Assembly (NCBI GenBank): GCA_048887225.1
Contig: JBHLJY010000002.1
Location: 256,001-320,000, forward strand
DNA length: 64,000 nt
DNA from: Candidatus Hodarchaeota archaeon
Lineage (GTDB): Archaea > Asgardarchaeota > Lokiarchaeia > Sigyniarchaeales > SOKP01
Direction: 5' to 3'
The notes below the pieces were generated by a model that saw only the letters and a program-made list of their open reading frames with translations, was not told the origin of the DNA and did not search any database. The translations under genes and the position numbers were made by a program. This document shows positions 40,555 to 49,566 of this stretch, in pieces. How positions within the stretch are numbered: the first letter of the stretch is position 1; each line of letters begins with the position of its first letter.

Positions 40555-41826
40555 TTAGAATTGTACAAAATAAGAATCGCAAAAAACCAACCTATTTGGA
40601 ATCCATTCAAAAACATGATCAATAGATTTATCGATTTCCTCTTCCCAATTTTCTGCCCAAAGATTGTGGTACCAAAGATTAGTATCAATATCTAAAACCT
40701 CCTTAATTTCTTCATAATATTCCATTAACATATCTATTATTGCTTCCTCGACCCAAATTGTATCTCTCAAACTAAACCAACGAGTTTTACAATCATTTTT
40801 AAATTCAGCATTAGTGAGAAGTCTATCAAATAATAGATTATGCTGTCTAAGAAATTCTTCATCATTCCTGTCTGGCGCACTGTTTCTTCTCAACCATTGA
40901 CCAAAACAGCGATCAAAATCCCATGGAACGAGAAAAAATTTACTCGGATTGGTATTTCTCACTATGAAGTAATTATGATCCCAAAAATCATCATGTAAAA
41001 TAAAAAAATTGTAAATGTAAAAGTCAATCAAATTTTGTTTATCGAATTTTGAATAAATTCCATTCTCAACATCAAAGAATTCTTCTTCAGGTGTATTTTT
41101 GATGAAATAGACAAGGTCAGACATGATTGCATCCATAATATAGATCCCATCATATTCATTAGGCCAGTCTTGTTCCCATTCTTTATATAAATAGTAATGA
41201 AAATTATCATGCGCGTATGAAGATTGAAAAATCAAACTCGACATGATATTATTCATCGCATCATCTAGAGCAAATAATCTTCTGTCATTTTTTTCAACAA
41301 GAAGATAAAGTCCTCGAAGTTCCCTGTTGACATATACAATTACGTATTCGGAATCGGGCAATATAGCAGTAGGGTTTGATGGTGTTAAGGTTTGATATAA
41401 TTCCATCGCTAATTTAATTTGCATTCGAGGAAGATCACTATACATAGCGAATAACATCCAATCATCATCTTCCCTCATTCCAAGAATGGATTTTGGTTCT
41501 GAGAGTTCAATTCTGTATCCTTTCTTTGGTAAATCGGCGTTATATCTTCCTCTTATTTTAACAATACATTTGAGAGGGGCTATGTTTTCAGATTCATCAG
41601 GACAATTCAATTCAAATGTACCATCCACATAATCGCCATGTATAATCTCCTCCTCAGTCACTATGTTTATTACTGGAAAATTCTCTGGGCTTATTGGAGA
41701 ATTTCTAATGTAAGTATAGACAAATACAATAGTAACTAAAATAGCAAAAATCAAAATTATAATTACTAACTCTTTTTTCCTTCTATGAGTCGGTAATTTA
41801 TTTGTAAATTGATTCTGATCTGACAT
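40555..41826 (-). CDS. CotH kinase family protein, membrane anchored (paralogue 2)
   Basis: KIRGR, PKKGYRIEL, LGMREDDDW, HDDFWDHNYF, PWDFDRCFG. Confidence 0.92.
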   Translation of the reverse strand: MSDQNQFTNKLPTHRRKKELVIIILIFAILVTIVFVYTYIRNSPISPENFPVINIVTEEEIIHGDYVDGTFELNCPDESENIAPLKCIVKIRGRYNADLPKKGYRIELSEPKSILGMREDDDWMLFAMYSDLPRMQIKLAMELYQTLTPSNPTAILPDSEYVIVYVNRELRGLYLLVEKNDRRLFALDDAMNNIMSSLIFQSSYAHDNFHYYLYKEWEQDWPNEYDGIYIMDAIMSDLVYFIKNTPEEEFFDVENGIYSKFDKQNLIDFYIYNFFILHDDFWDHNYFIVRNTNPSKFFLVPWDFDRCFGQWLRRNSAPDRNDEEFLRQHNLLFDRLLTNAEFKNDCKTRWFSLRDTIWVEEAIIDMLMEYYEEIKEVLDIDTNLWYHNLWAENWEEEIDKSIDHVFEWIPNRLVFCDSYFVQF

Positions 41827-41956
41827 AGGGATATAACCAAAAGGTAATAATGTTTATTTGTTTTTTAATTCAATTTTCACTGTATTATAAAACTTAATTT
41901 TTTAAAATATTTGAATTGTCTTAGTCTTAAAATATAGATAAACAAAATAAGTATCA

Positions 41957-43213
41957 TTAAAAACCTCCGAAATATGAATCACAAAATATTAATCGCTTCG
42001 GAATCCAATCAAACAATTTATCAACAGCCTCGTCAACTTTAATAACCCATTCAGTATCATAATACCAAAGATACCATTTATTTATGTCAGTTTCTAATAT
42101 ATCTTTAATCTCATCATGTATTTCAGTTAACATATCTGAAATAGATTCCTCACTCCAAATTGATTCTCTCAAGAAAAACCATCGATTTTTAACATCCTTT
42201 TTAAAATCTTTATTATTCATTAATCGAACATATAAATAATTTCTCTTAAATATTTCAATTTCAATATTCTCCTCTGGATCAGATTTTCTTCCTAAAAATT
42301 GGCCAAAACTCGAATCAAAATCCCAAGGAATCAGAAAAAATTTACTAGGATGAGTATTTCTGACCAAAAAATAATTATGAGACCAAAAGTCTTTATGCAA
42401 AATGAAAAAATTAAAAATTAAAAAATCTATCAAACTCATCTTATCAAATTTATTATATATACCATGAGAATCGTTGAAAAATTCACTATCAGATGTTTGA
42501 CATATGAAAGGAATTAATACACTGAAGACCTCATCCTTAATATAAATACCATCATATTCATTAGGCCAATCCTGATCCCAGCCATCGTTTGAATGCTCAA
42601 AAAAATTTAAATCGTGTGAATCTGATTGAAATATTAAGCTTGAATTATCATTATTTTGAGCATCATCAAGCCCAAACAATCTTCTGTCATTCTTTTCAGC
42701 AAGTAAATAGAGTCCTTGAAATTCACCATTTACATATAAAATAACATATTCAGATTCAGGTAAAATAGCAGTAGGGTTTGTTGGTAATAGACTACGCCAT
42801 AAATCCATTGATAATTTTATTCTCATGTCGGTTAAATCCATGAACATAGCAAACAATTGCCAGTCATCATCCTCTCTCATCCCAAGAAGCGAAATCCTAT
42901 CAGATAATTCTATGCGATATCCTTTCTTAGGCATTTGAGCATTAAGTCTTCCTCTAATTTTTATTTGACACTTAATAGGAGCGATATTTTCTGACTCATC
43001 AGGGCTTTCTAATTCGAAGGTACCATCGATATAATCGTCAGTATTAATATCTCCTTGAAATGTTATTTTTATTGTAGGGAATTCTTTTGATAGTATTGGA
43101 GTTTTGTAAATATAAGTGTAATAAACCACTGCAAAAATCAGAATAGAAGAAATAATAAAGACTATTAAAAAATCATTTTTTTGCTTAGAATTTGGCAGCT
43201 TTAAGCTAAACAT
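41957..43213 (-). CDS. CotH kinase family protein, membrane anchored (paralogue 3)
   Basis: KIRGR, PKKGYRIEL, LGMREDDDW, HKDFWSHNYF, PWDFDSSFG. Confidence 0.92.
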   Translation of the reverse strand: MFSLKLPNSKQKNDFLIVFIISSILIFAVVYYTYIYKTPILSKEFPTIKITFQGDINTDDYIDGTFELESPDESENIAPIKCQIKIRGRLNAQMPKKGYRIELSDRISLLGMREDDDWQLFAMFMDLTDMRIKLSMDLWRSLLPTNPTAILPESEYVILYVNGEFQGLYLLAEKNDRRLFGLDDAQNNDNSSLIFQSDSHDLNFFEHSNDGWDQDWPNEYDGIYIKDEVFSVLIPFICQTSDSEFFNDSHGIYNKFDKMSLIDFLIFNFFILHKDFWSHNYFLVRNTHPSKFFLIPWDFDSSFGQFLGRKSDPEENIEIEIFKRNYLYVRLMNNKDFKKDVKNRWFFLRESIWSEESISDMLTEIHDEIKDILETDINKWYLWYYDTEWVIKVDEAVDKLFDWIPKRLIFCDSYFGGF

Positions 43214-43367
43214 TGATCTGAGATAATCTTGGTTAAGTTTTCTTATAAATATTTTCCACTATTATTTTAAAAAAAACTTTGAATTAAATCTATGTATAAT
43301 AAAAAATATTAGATATATTGATTTGATTACAAAATCCTTAATATAGTTCAAATATTTCGAGAAATTA

Positions 43368-44708
43368 ATGACTGAAATTAAAAGTAGTCCTTTTGGTTTA
43401 AAGATTCAATATTATTTTAAGAGCTTTACCGAGATGGATGATAACTTATCTAATTTAGTAGCTAAAAATGGATTTAATAGTTTTTCACCCGAGGGGATTT
43501 CGAGTTATTTTACATTTCGCTTTCCAATTGGGAATTTAACTATGTTTAAGGATTATTTTAAAATACCATGTGGCTCAGAATTAAAAAATGACGAAATCCA
43601 AACTTATTGGTATCCAAAATTTTACCCAATTCCAATAAAATTAGAAGAGGCGCTTAAAAAAATTGAGGAAATATTATTTGCAGCAATTAAAAATTTATTG
43701 GAAGGAAAAGATAAATTTGGATTTGCTATGAGCGGTGGTGTTGATAGTTCTCTCATCGTTGCTCTCTGTAGGAAATTATATCCAGATATAGAACTTTATA
43801 CATATTCAGCAGGCTTTTATGGTGAAGATGAATTTGAATATTCAAGATTAATAGCAAAAAAGCTTAATACTATTCACACTGAGAAGATTTTATATAAAGA
43901 CGATTATATTGGGAAATATTCCTTATTAGCTCCATTAATTAGATATAAAGGAGAGCCATTACATCCTAATGAATTAGCGTTAGGAAATATTGAGAAAATC
44001 GCTAAAAAGGATGGTTGCGACATAGTGCTATGCGGTGAAGGTGCTGATGATATTTTTGGAGGTTATGGACAAAATTTTAGAATGTATTTGAATTATAAAA
44101 AGGATGTACCTTTTTTCAGATTCTTTCTAGACAATTATCGTTATTTCTCTATTGAAGATAAGGAATATCTGCTTAAAAATGAATATAATATTAATGATTA
44201 TGAAATATTAATGAATGCTTTAAATGAAAAAGAATTTCCAGGAGATATTAAGAATTATGTTGCTTATTTTACGCAAAAAATCCATACAATAGGACTAATA
44301 ACCCGTGGTGTTAATGCAATGCGCTATAATGGTTTTCCCCCAGGATTTCCTTATATTAATATGGATTTAGTTAATTTTGTAAATTCTTTACCATTCAAAT
44401 TTAAAATTAAGTGGAAAAGCAAGAATTCAAAAGAAAAAGCCAAAGGATTAAATTTTAGAGATATTAGCGAGAATTATGATATTCCAAAATTTATTTTAAA
44501 AAAATTAGCTGAAAAATACTTACCTCATAAAGTAATTTATCGTCCAAAATATGGCTTTCCTGTTCCATTTGACTTTTGGTTTGAAGACTTAAAAGATTGG
44601 AACTTGGATGACGAGATATTTAAGACAAATGATATAAGTAGATTGAGTGGATGGAAAAAGTTTATGATAATCAATTTAAACACATTTTTTAATGAGTTTA
44701 GAAATTAA
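43368..44708 (+). CDS. Asparagine synthetase-like amide ligase lacking most of the glutaminase domain
   Basis: SGGVDSS, GEGADDIFGGY, RPKYGFPVP; N-terminus begins at PFGLKIQYY (equivalent to D.FG.KPLYY), no N-terminal Cys. Confidence 0.85.
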   Translation: MTEIKSSPFGLKIQYYFKSFTEMDDNLSNLVAKNGFNSFSPEGISSYFTFRFPIGNLTMFKDYFKIPCGSELKNDEIQTYWYPKFYPIPIKLEEALKKIEEILFAAIKNLLEGKDKFGFAMSGGVDSSLIVALCRKLYPDIELYTYSAGFYGEDEFEYSRLIAKKLNTIHTEKILYKDDYIGKYSLLAPLIRYKGEPLHPNELALGNIEKIAKKDGCDIVLCGEGADDIFGGYGQNFRMYLNYKKDVPFFRFFLDNYRYFSIEDKEYLLKNEYNINDYEILMNALNEKEFPGDIKNYVAYFTQKIHTIGLITRGVNAMRYNGFPPGFPYINMDLVNFVNSLPFKFKIKWKSKNSKEKAKGLNFRDISENYDIPKFILKKLAEKYLPHKVIYRPKYGFPVPFDFWFEDLKDWNLDDEIFKTNDISRLSGWKKFMIINLNTFFNEFRN

Positions 44709-44736
44709 TTAATATAATTGATATTTATTTTAAATA

Positions 44737-45474
44737 ATGAAAATTATAATACTTGCTGCGGGCAAGGGGGAGAGACTTTTTCCTCTCACTAAAAATACTC
44801 CAAAACCTTTAATCGATTTAGGAAATGGAGAAACATTATTAGAAAGGCAGCTGCAATATTTATATAAGTCTAATGTTATCGATGAGGTTATTATTGTTAT
44901 AGGCTATTTACACGAACAAATTGAATCAAAATTAAAAAGTTATAAGACTGAACTGAAAATAAAAACTGTATATAATCCGTTCTATGAAATATCTAATAAC
45001 CTCATTACTCTTTGGTTAAGCAAATATGAAATGAATGAGGATTTTCTAATTGCCAATGGAGACAATATAATAGCCAGTGATGTTATTAGAGATTTAGTCA
45101 ATAAAACAAATGAAGGAATTTATGTAACAATCTGCTATAGAGATAAATATAGCGAAGAAGACATGAAGGTAAATTTAGATCCTAATAAAAAAATTCTAAG
45201 AGTAAGTAAAGAAATTAAGAATGGAGATGCAGAATCTGTTGGACTTGTTAAAGTCTCGGGTGAAAAATTTAGAAAAATCTATAAAGATATCTTGGAAGAA
45301 TTAGCGAGAAATAAAGATTATTTAAATAAATTTTGGTTGGAGACTTTTAACATCTTAGCAAATAAAGGTGTTGAAATTAATTCATTTGAAATAGATAAAG
45401 ATAAATGGCGAGAAATAGATTTTCATTTTGATTTACATGATATAACAGAAATGATCAAGAAATTCAAGATTTAA
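44737..45474 (+). CDS. Phosphocholine cytidylyltransferase (LicC)-like nucleotidyltransferase
   Basis: ILAAGKGERL, PKPL, YNPFYEISNN, NGD, EDMKV, ESVG, WREIDF. Confidence 0.85.
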   Translation: MKIIILAAGKGERLFPLTKNTPKPLIDLGNGETLLERQLQYLYKSNVIDEVIIVIGYLHEQIESKLKSYKTELKIKTVYNPFYEISNNLITLWLSKYEMNEDFLIANGDNIIASDVIRDLVNKTNEGIYVTICYRDKYSEEDMKVNLDPNKKILRVSKEIKNGDAESVGLVKVSGEKFRKIYKDILEELARNKDYLNKFWLETFNILANKGVEINSFEIDKDKWREIDFHFDLHDITEMIKKFKI

Positions 45475-45527
45475 CTCGTTATTGTTATTTAATTAATTAT
45501 TTTAGTATAAGCACCAAAGTTAAGAAA

Positions 45528-46583
45528 ATGGTTTCACACATTTCAAGTAAAATTCAGAAATTATTTAAAAAAATCTATAAATTAACAAAACCGAAATATA
45601 TTGTTCTAAAAAATAAATTTTCCGAGAAGAATTTTGGAATTATAGATCGGCTCGAAAAAATCAAATCTATCTCAGATCGAGAGAAATTAATAAATCTATT
45701 AATAAATGTATATGGAATACAAGTAGAGTTCCCCTTACAAATCAAAAATAAAGTGAAGGGAATTAAAACAATTCAAGGTAAAATTAATTACGATGGTATT
45801 TTCTATGATAGATCAAGTTTTAGTAGCTATGATGGCTTAGAAATCCCTATTTATGTCATTTATCCTTTTAATTTTGATCCAAATAAAAAATATCCTACAA
45901 TTATAATTTTCTCCGGACACGGATCTGCGAAACAAGCCGCATTTGAAAAAGATTCTTATCAACATGGCGCAGGTCTCGCTTTATCGAAGCAAGGATTTCT
46001 TGTATATGTAATGGAAAACCGAGGTATGGGAAAATTATCATATCTAGGTAGTCATCTTCGAATTGATGCAGTGGCAAGGATTATCGGTGGAACTTGGTAT
46101 GGAGAAATTATCACTGATGCTTTATGGTTAGTTGAGAATTTACATCATGAATCTAATGTTGATAATAATCGCATTGGAACTGCTGGTATATCAACTGGTG
46201 GTGCGTTAAGTCTTATAGTTGCTGCTTTAGATAACCGTATTTCTGCATCATATGTTCAAGGATATTTAGGTTCGTTTAAAAAAACTTTTGGGATAAGAGC
46301 TAATCATTGTTTATGTGGTCACATTCCAGGTATATTAAAAATCTGCGATATGGCTGATATAGCATCTCTTATCGCCCCTCGTCCTCTAATATTTATTAAT
46401 GGTACTTCAGATATATTCTATTATATTGACGCAAAAGAAGAATTTAATAATATTTTACCTATATATAAAGAATTAGGAAACGAAGAAAAACTGAAATTAC
46501 TGGTTCCTAAAGGTGTTTGCCATGAATTTTCTACTGATATTGCTATAAAATGGTTTTCTGAGCAATTTAAAACCAATCGTTAG
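45528..46583 (+). CDS. Alpha/beta hydrolase (acetyl-xylan esterase/dienelactone hydrolase-like)
   Basis: Nucleophile elbow GISTGG, GTSD, CHEF (Ser-Asp-His), IAPRPL. Confidence 0.85.
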   Translation: MVSHISSKIQKLFKKIYKLTKPKYIVLKNKFSEKNFGIIDRLEKIKSISDREKLINLLINVYGIQVEFPLQIKNKVKGIKTIQGKINYDGIFYDRSSFSSYDGLEIPIYVIYPFNFDPNKKYPTIIIFSGHGSAKQAAFEKDSYQHGAGLALSKQGFLVYVMENRGMGKLSYLGSHLRIDAVARIIGGTWYGEIITDALWLVENLHHESNVDNNRIGTAGISTGGALSLIVAALDNRISASYVQGYLGSFKKTFGIRANHCLCGHIPGILKICDMADIASLIAPRPLIFINGTSDIFYYIDAKEEFNNILPIYKELGNEEKLKLLVPKGVCHEFSTDIAIKWFSEQFKTNR

Positions 46584-46632
46584 AAATACTAAATTCTATT
46601 TTTTCAGTTATTTATTATAATTTATAGATTGT

Positions 46633-47898
46633 TTACATATTATAGAAATATAAATCACAGAATTCTAAACGTTCTGGAATCCAATTGAACAAATGGCTAA
46701 CAGAATTTTGAATATTATTTTTCTTGTCTTCCCTGAATGAAATGGGTTCACGGGAATTCCATAAATCTACATCAATTTCTAAAACTTGTTTTATATCGTC
46801 ATATATTTCTTCCAATATATTTAGAATTTGATCTTCTGTCCATATTATCTCTCTCAATTCAAACCAACGATTTTTACAATCTTCTCTAAATGAAAAATTA
46901 TTTAATAATCGATGATATAGCGCATTTATTTTTACTATTTCCGATTCAGGATTCCTGTCTGAATCATATGTATCCCAAATATACCCTCCTAAGCTTCGAT
47001 CAAAATCCCATGGGATAAGAAAAAACTTACTTGGATAGGTATTTCTCACTATAAAATAATTATGGTTCCAGAAATCTTGATGATCTATGAAAAAATTAAA
47101 AATGAAAAAATCTACTAAATTCTGTTTATTAAATTTGGAATAAATTCCGTTTTTACAATTGAAGAAAACTTCAATTGAAGGTTGATGTATAAAATTAATT
47201 AAATCGTATAGAACAGCATCCATAATGTAAATGCCTTCATATTCATTAGGCCAATCTTGTTCCCATACATCTTTGTCGTAGTAATTTAAATCTGTCTCGT
47301 GCTTTACTTGGAATATTAAACTTGAATTGACGTTATTCTGACAATTTTCGAGATTAAATAACCTTCTATCATTTTTTTCAGCAAGCAAATATAATCCTCG
47401 GAACTCACCATTCAAATATAAACACACATATTCCGAATTAGGCAAAATAGCTGTGGGATCTGTATAAAGAAGGCTTCTCCAAAGTTCCATTGCTAATTTG
47501 ATTCTCATTCTTGGATAATCAAAATACAAAGAAAATAAAAGCCAATCATCATCTTCTCTCATTCCAAGTAACGATTTCGGTTCTTTTAGTTCTATGCGAT
47601 ATCCTTTTTTTGGTGATATTTTGTTCCAACCCAATCCACTTCCTCTTAATCTTATTTTTGAGTCTATTTGTTCAATTTTATTTGAATCTTTACAATTATC
47701 TACTTCAAATGTACAGTCTATATATTCCTCATAATCAAGATCTCCTTCAAAATTAATTTTTATTATAGGAAATCCTTTAAAACAAATTGGAATGTATCTA
47801 ATATAGTTAAAATACACTAATAATGACATAAGTACGGTTCCAATTACTGTTAAAACTTTTATTTCTTTCTTTCGTCTAGTAGAAGGAGATTTTTGCAT
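46633..47898 (-). CDS. CotH kinase family protein, membrane anchored (paralogue 4)
   Basis: RLRGS, PKKGYRIEL, LGMREDDDW, HQDFWNHNYF, PWDFDRSLG. Confidence 0.92.
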   Translation of the reverse strand: MQKSPSTRRKKEIKVLTVIGTVLMSLLVYFNYIRYIPICFKGFPIIKINFEGDLDYEEYIDCTFEVDNCKDSNKIEQIDSKIRLRGSGLGWNKISPKKGYRIELKEPKSLLGMREDDDWLLFSLYFDYPRMRIKLAMELWRSLLYTDPTAILPNSEYVCLYLNGEFRGLYLLAEKNDRRLFNLENCQNNVNSSLIFQVKHETDLNYYDKDVWEQDWPNEYEGIYIMDAVLYDLINFIHQPSIEVFFNCKNGIYSKFNKQNLVDFFIFNFFIDHQDFWNHNYFIVRNTYPSKFFLIPWDFDRSLGGYIWDTYDSDRNPESEIVKINALYHRLLNNFSFREDCKNRWFELREIIWTEDQILNILEEIYDDIKQVLEIDVDLWNSREPISFREDKKNNIQNSVSHLFNWIPERLEFCDLYFYNM

Positions 47899-47976
47899 TG
47901 GGATCTCTGATATTTATATAAAAGCTTATATGAAGCTTATAATAATTTTTGAAGTAACTCGAGAATAAAAATATTA

Positions 47977-49485
47977 TTAAATATTAATTTTTTTTTTGGA
48001 TTTATTGTTCCTCGTAATTAAATCTTGATAAAGTATATTTACTAAGTTTTTGATATTTAACATTAACTTAAAATATCTGATATCCTCTTTTTTTATACCT
48101 CTTAAAATATATAGAATAATAAAATAAAAGAAAATATTGAGGATTGCGAATAGTGGAATTAAGTAAAAGTAAGTCAAGAAATCTATCATGGCAATAACCA
48201 ATACATTAAAGAGAAATATTAAAAGAACAACAAACAAGTATAAAATTATTCCAAAATTATAACCATACTTATATTTTTTCCATAAAATTATTCTGATAAG
48301 TAGTGAGTATGTGAAATTTCCAAATAGTATAGCTAATGCGAGACCATTAATTCCAAGATTTAAACCATTAGGTGCAATAAAAAGAATAATAAGAAAAGTT
48401 TTATAAAATTCTCCTATAATTTTAATTGCTGAAAACAATTTCGTTAAACCTCGGGCGTTTAAATCAGTAAATACAGCCACATCATTTATTACAAAAATTT
48501 GAGCTAAGATTAATATATTAAAAACAAAAATAGATGGTTCATACACATCACCTAAGAAAATCAATATTAATTCATCTGAATATAAAAATGAAAGAAGTAT
48601 TATTGCTCCAAATAAAATACATGAATATTTCGTAATTTTTTTAATTATCCTCTTGTTTTTTTCTAAATTGCCTTTTTTTATGTTTTTTGCAAAGATAGAA
48701 ACCATTACTAAACTTATTACATTCGGAATAATTGTCCTAAAAACAGAAAAGTGTTCTGCTGCATAATAGAAAGCAACGGCTTCAGAAGAAATCCAAAAAT
48801 TTATTAATATAATTCCTATATTGCCACTAATTAAAACGGCAATATTAGAAAAAATTAAGGGATATGTAAATTTAAGATATTTTTTAATTACAGAATTCGT
48901 CGGTTTACTTATATTATAACGTAAAATATAGGGTAATAAAAAAGCCGTATGCAATATTGTAGATAATAAGTATATAAACGATAATGTAATTTCATTTTTT
49001 GGATAAATATATAATCCAATAACCAAAAGCAATATCTTTGATGAAGAAATAATTATCCAAGGAAAAGATCCTTTAATAATCTCGTTATCGGCAATTAAAA
49101 TGTTTGAGAACGATGTATTAATGCTTTGAACAATAAGTTCAACAATAAAAATAATAATAATCGTTGTAATTGTCTTATCAAAATTAAAAAGACTTAATAT
49201 CATGTAATAAAAACATATTGAGATACAAATAAAAACTGCTTTAAAACTTAAAAGAGTTCCAATGCTACTTGATTTACTCGTTTCCTCAGGATAAATTTTT
49301 AAATGGGCTATATTAAAACCTAAGTTAAAAATAAAGCTAAAGATAGCTACAAAAGCAATCGCAAATCTAACAATTCCAATGACAGCAGGTGCATAAAAAA
49401 GTACCATTAAATAAAAAAAAACAAAACTCAGCGCATACTTAGAGACTTTAAAGACAACAACGAAAATTATCCTTTGCGACTGCAT
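47977..49485 (-). CDS. Oligosaccharide flippase (Wzx/PST, MOP superfamily)
   Basis: About 13-14 TM segments; FNLGF, KFTYPL, VAFYYAA, LGINGLALA. Confidence 0.82.
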   Translation of the reverse strand: MQSQRIIFVVVFKVSKYALSFVFFYLMVLFYAPAVIGIVRFAIAFVAIFSFIFNLGFNIAHLKIYPEETSKSSSIGTLLSFKAVFICISICFYYMILSLFNFDKTITTIIIIFIVELIVQSINTSFSNILIADNEIIKGSFPWIIISSSKILLLVIGLYIYPKNEITLSFIYLLSTILHTAFLLPYILRYNISKPTNSVIKKYLKFTYPLIFSNIAVLISGNIGIILINFWISSEAVAFYYAAEHFSVFRTIIPNVISLVMVSIFAKNIKKGNLEKNKRIIKKITKYSCILFGAIILLSFLYSDELILIFLGDVYEPSIFVFNILILAQIFVINDVAVFTDLNARGLTKLFSAIKIIGEFYKTFLIILFIAPNGLNLGINGLALAILFGNFTYSLLIRIILWKKYKYGYNFGIILYLFVVLLIFLFNVLVIAMIDFLTYFYLIPLFAILNIFFYFIILYILRGIKKEDIRYFKLMLNIKNLVNILYQDLITRNNKSKKKINI

Positions 49486-49566
49486 ATTATTTTTTTAACT
49501 TCCTAAACTTGATTAGTGAAACTTTTTAAAAATCTTATACTTTTCGAAAAAAATTGTAAGTTTTAA

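Noticed and set aside
43214-43367. Frameshifted or missing 5' part of asnB (pseudogene)
   Set aside because: The spacer is only 154 bp, AT-rich, serves a divergent gene and shows no MCGI-like remnant; the synthetase domain is intact.
32152-47898. CotH (and the CgeB-like domain at 20743..22761) as evidence of sporulation
   Set aside because: Both families are widespread outside spore formers; these CotH proteins are membrane anchored and no sporulation genes are present.
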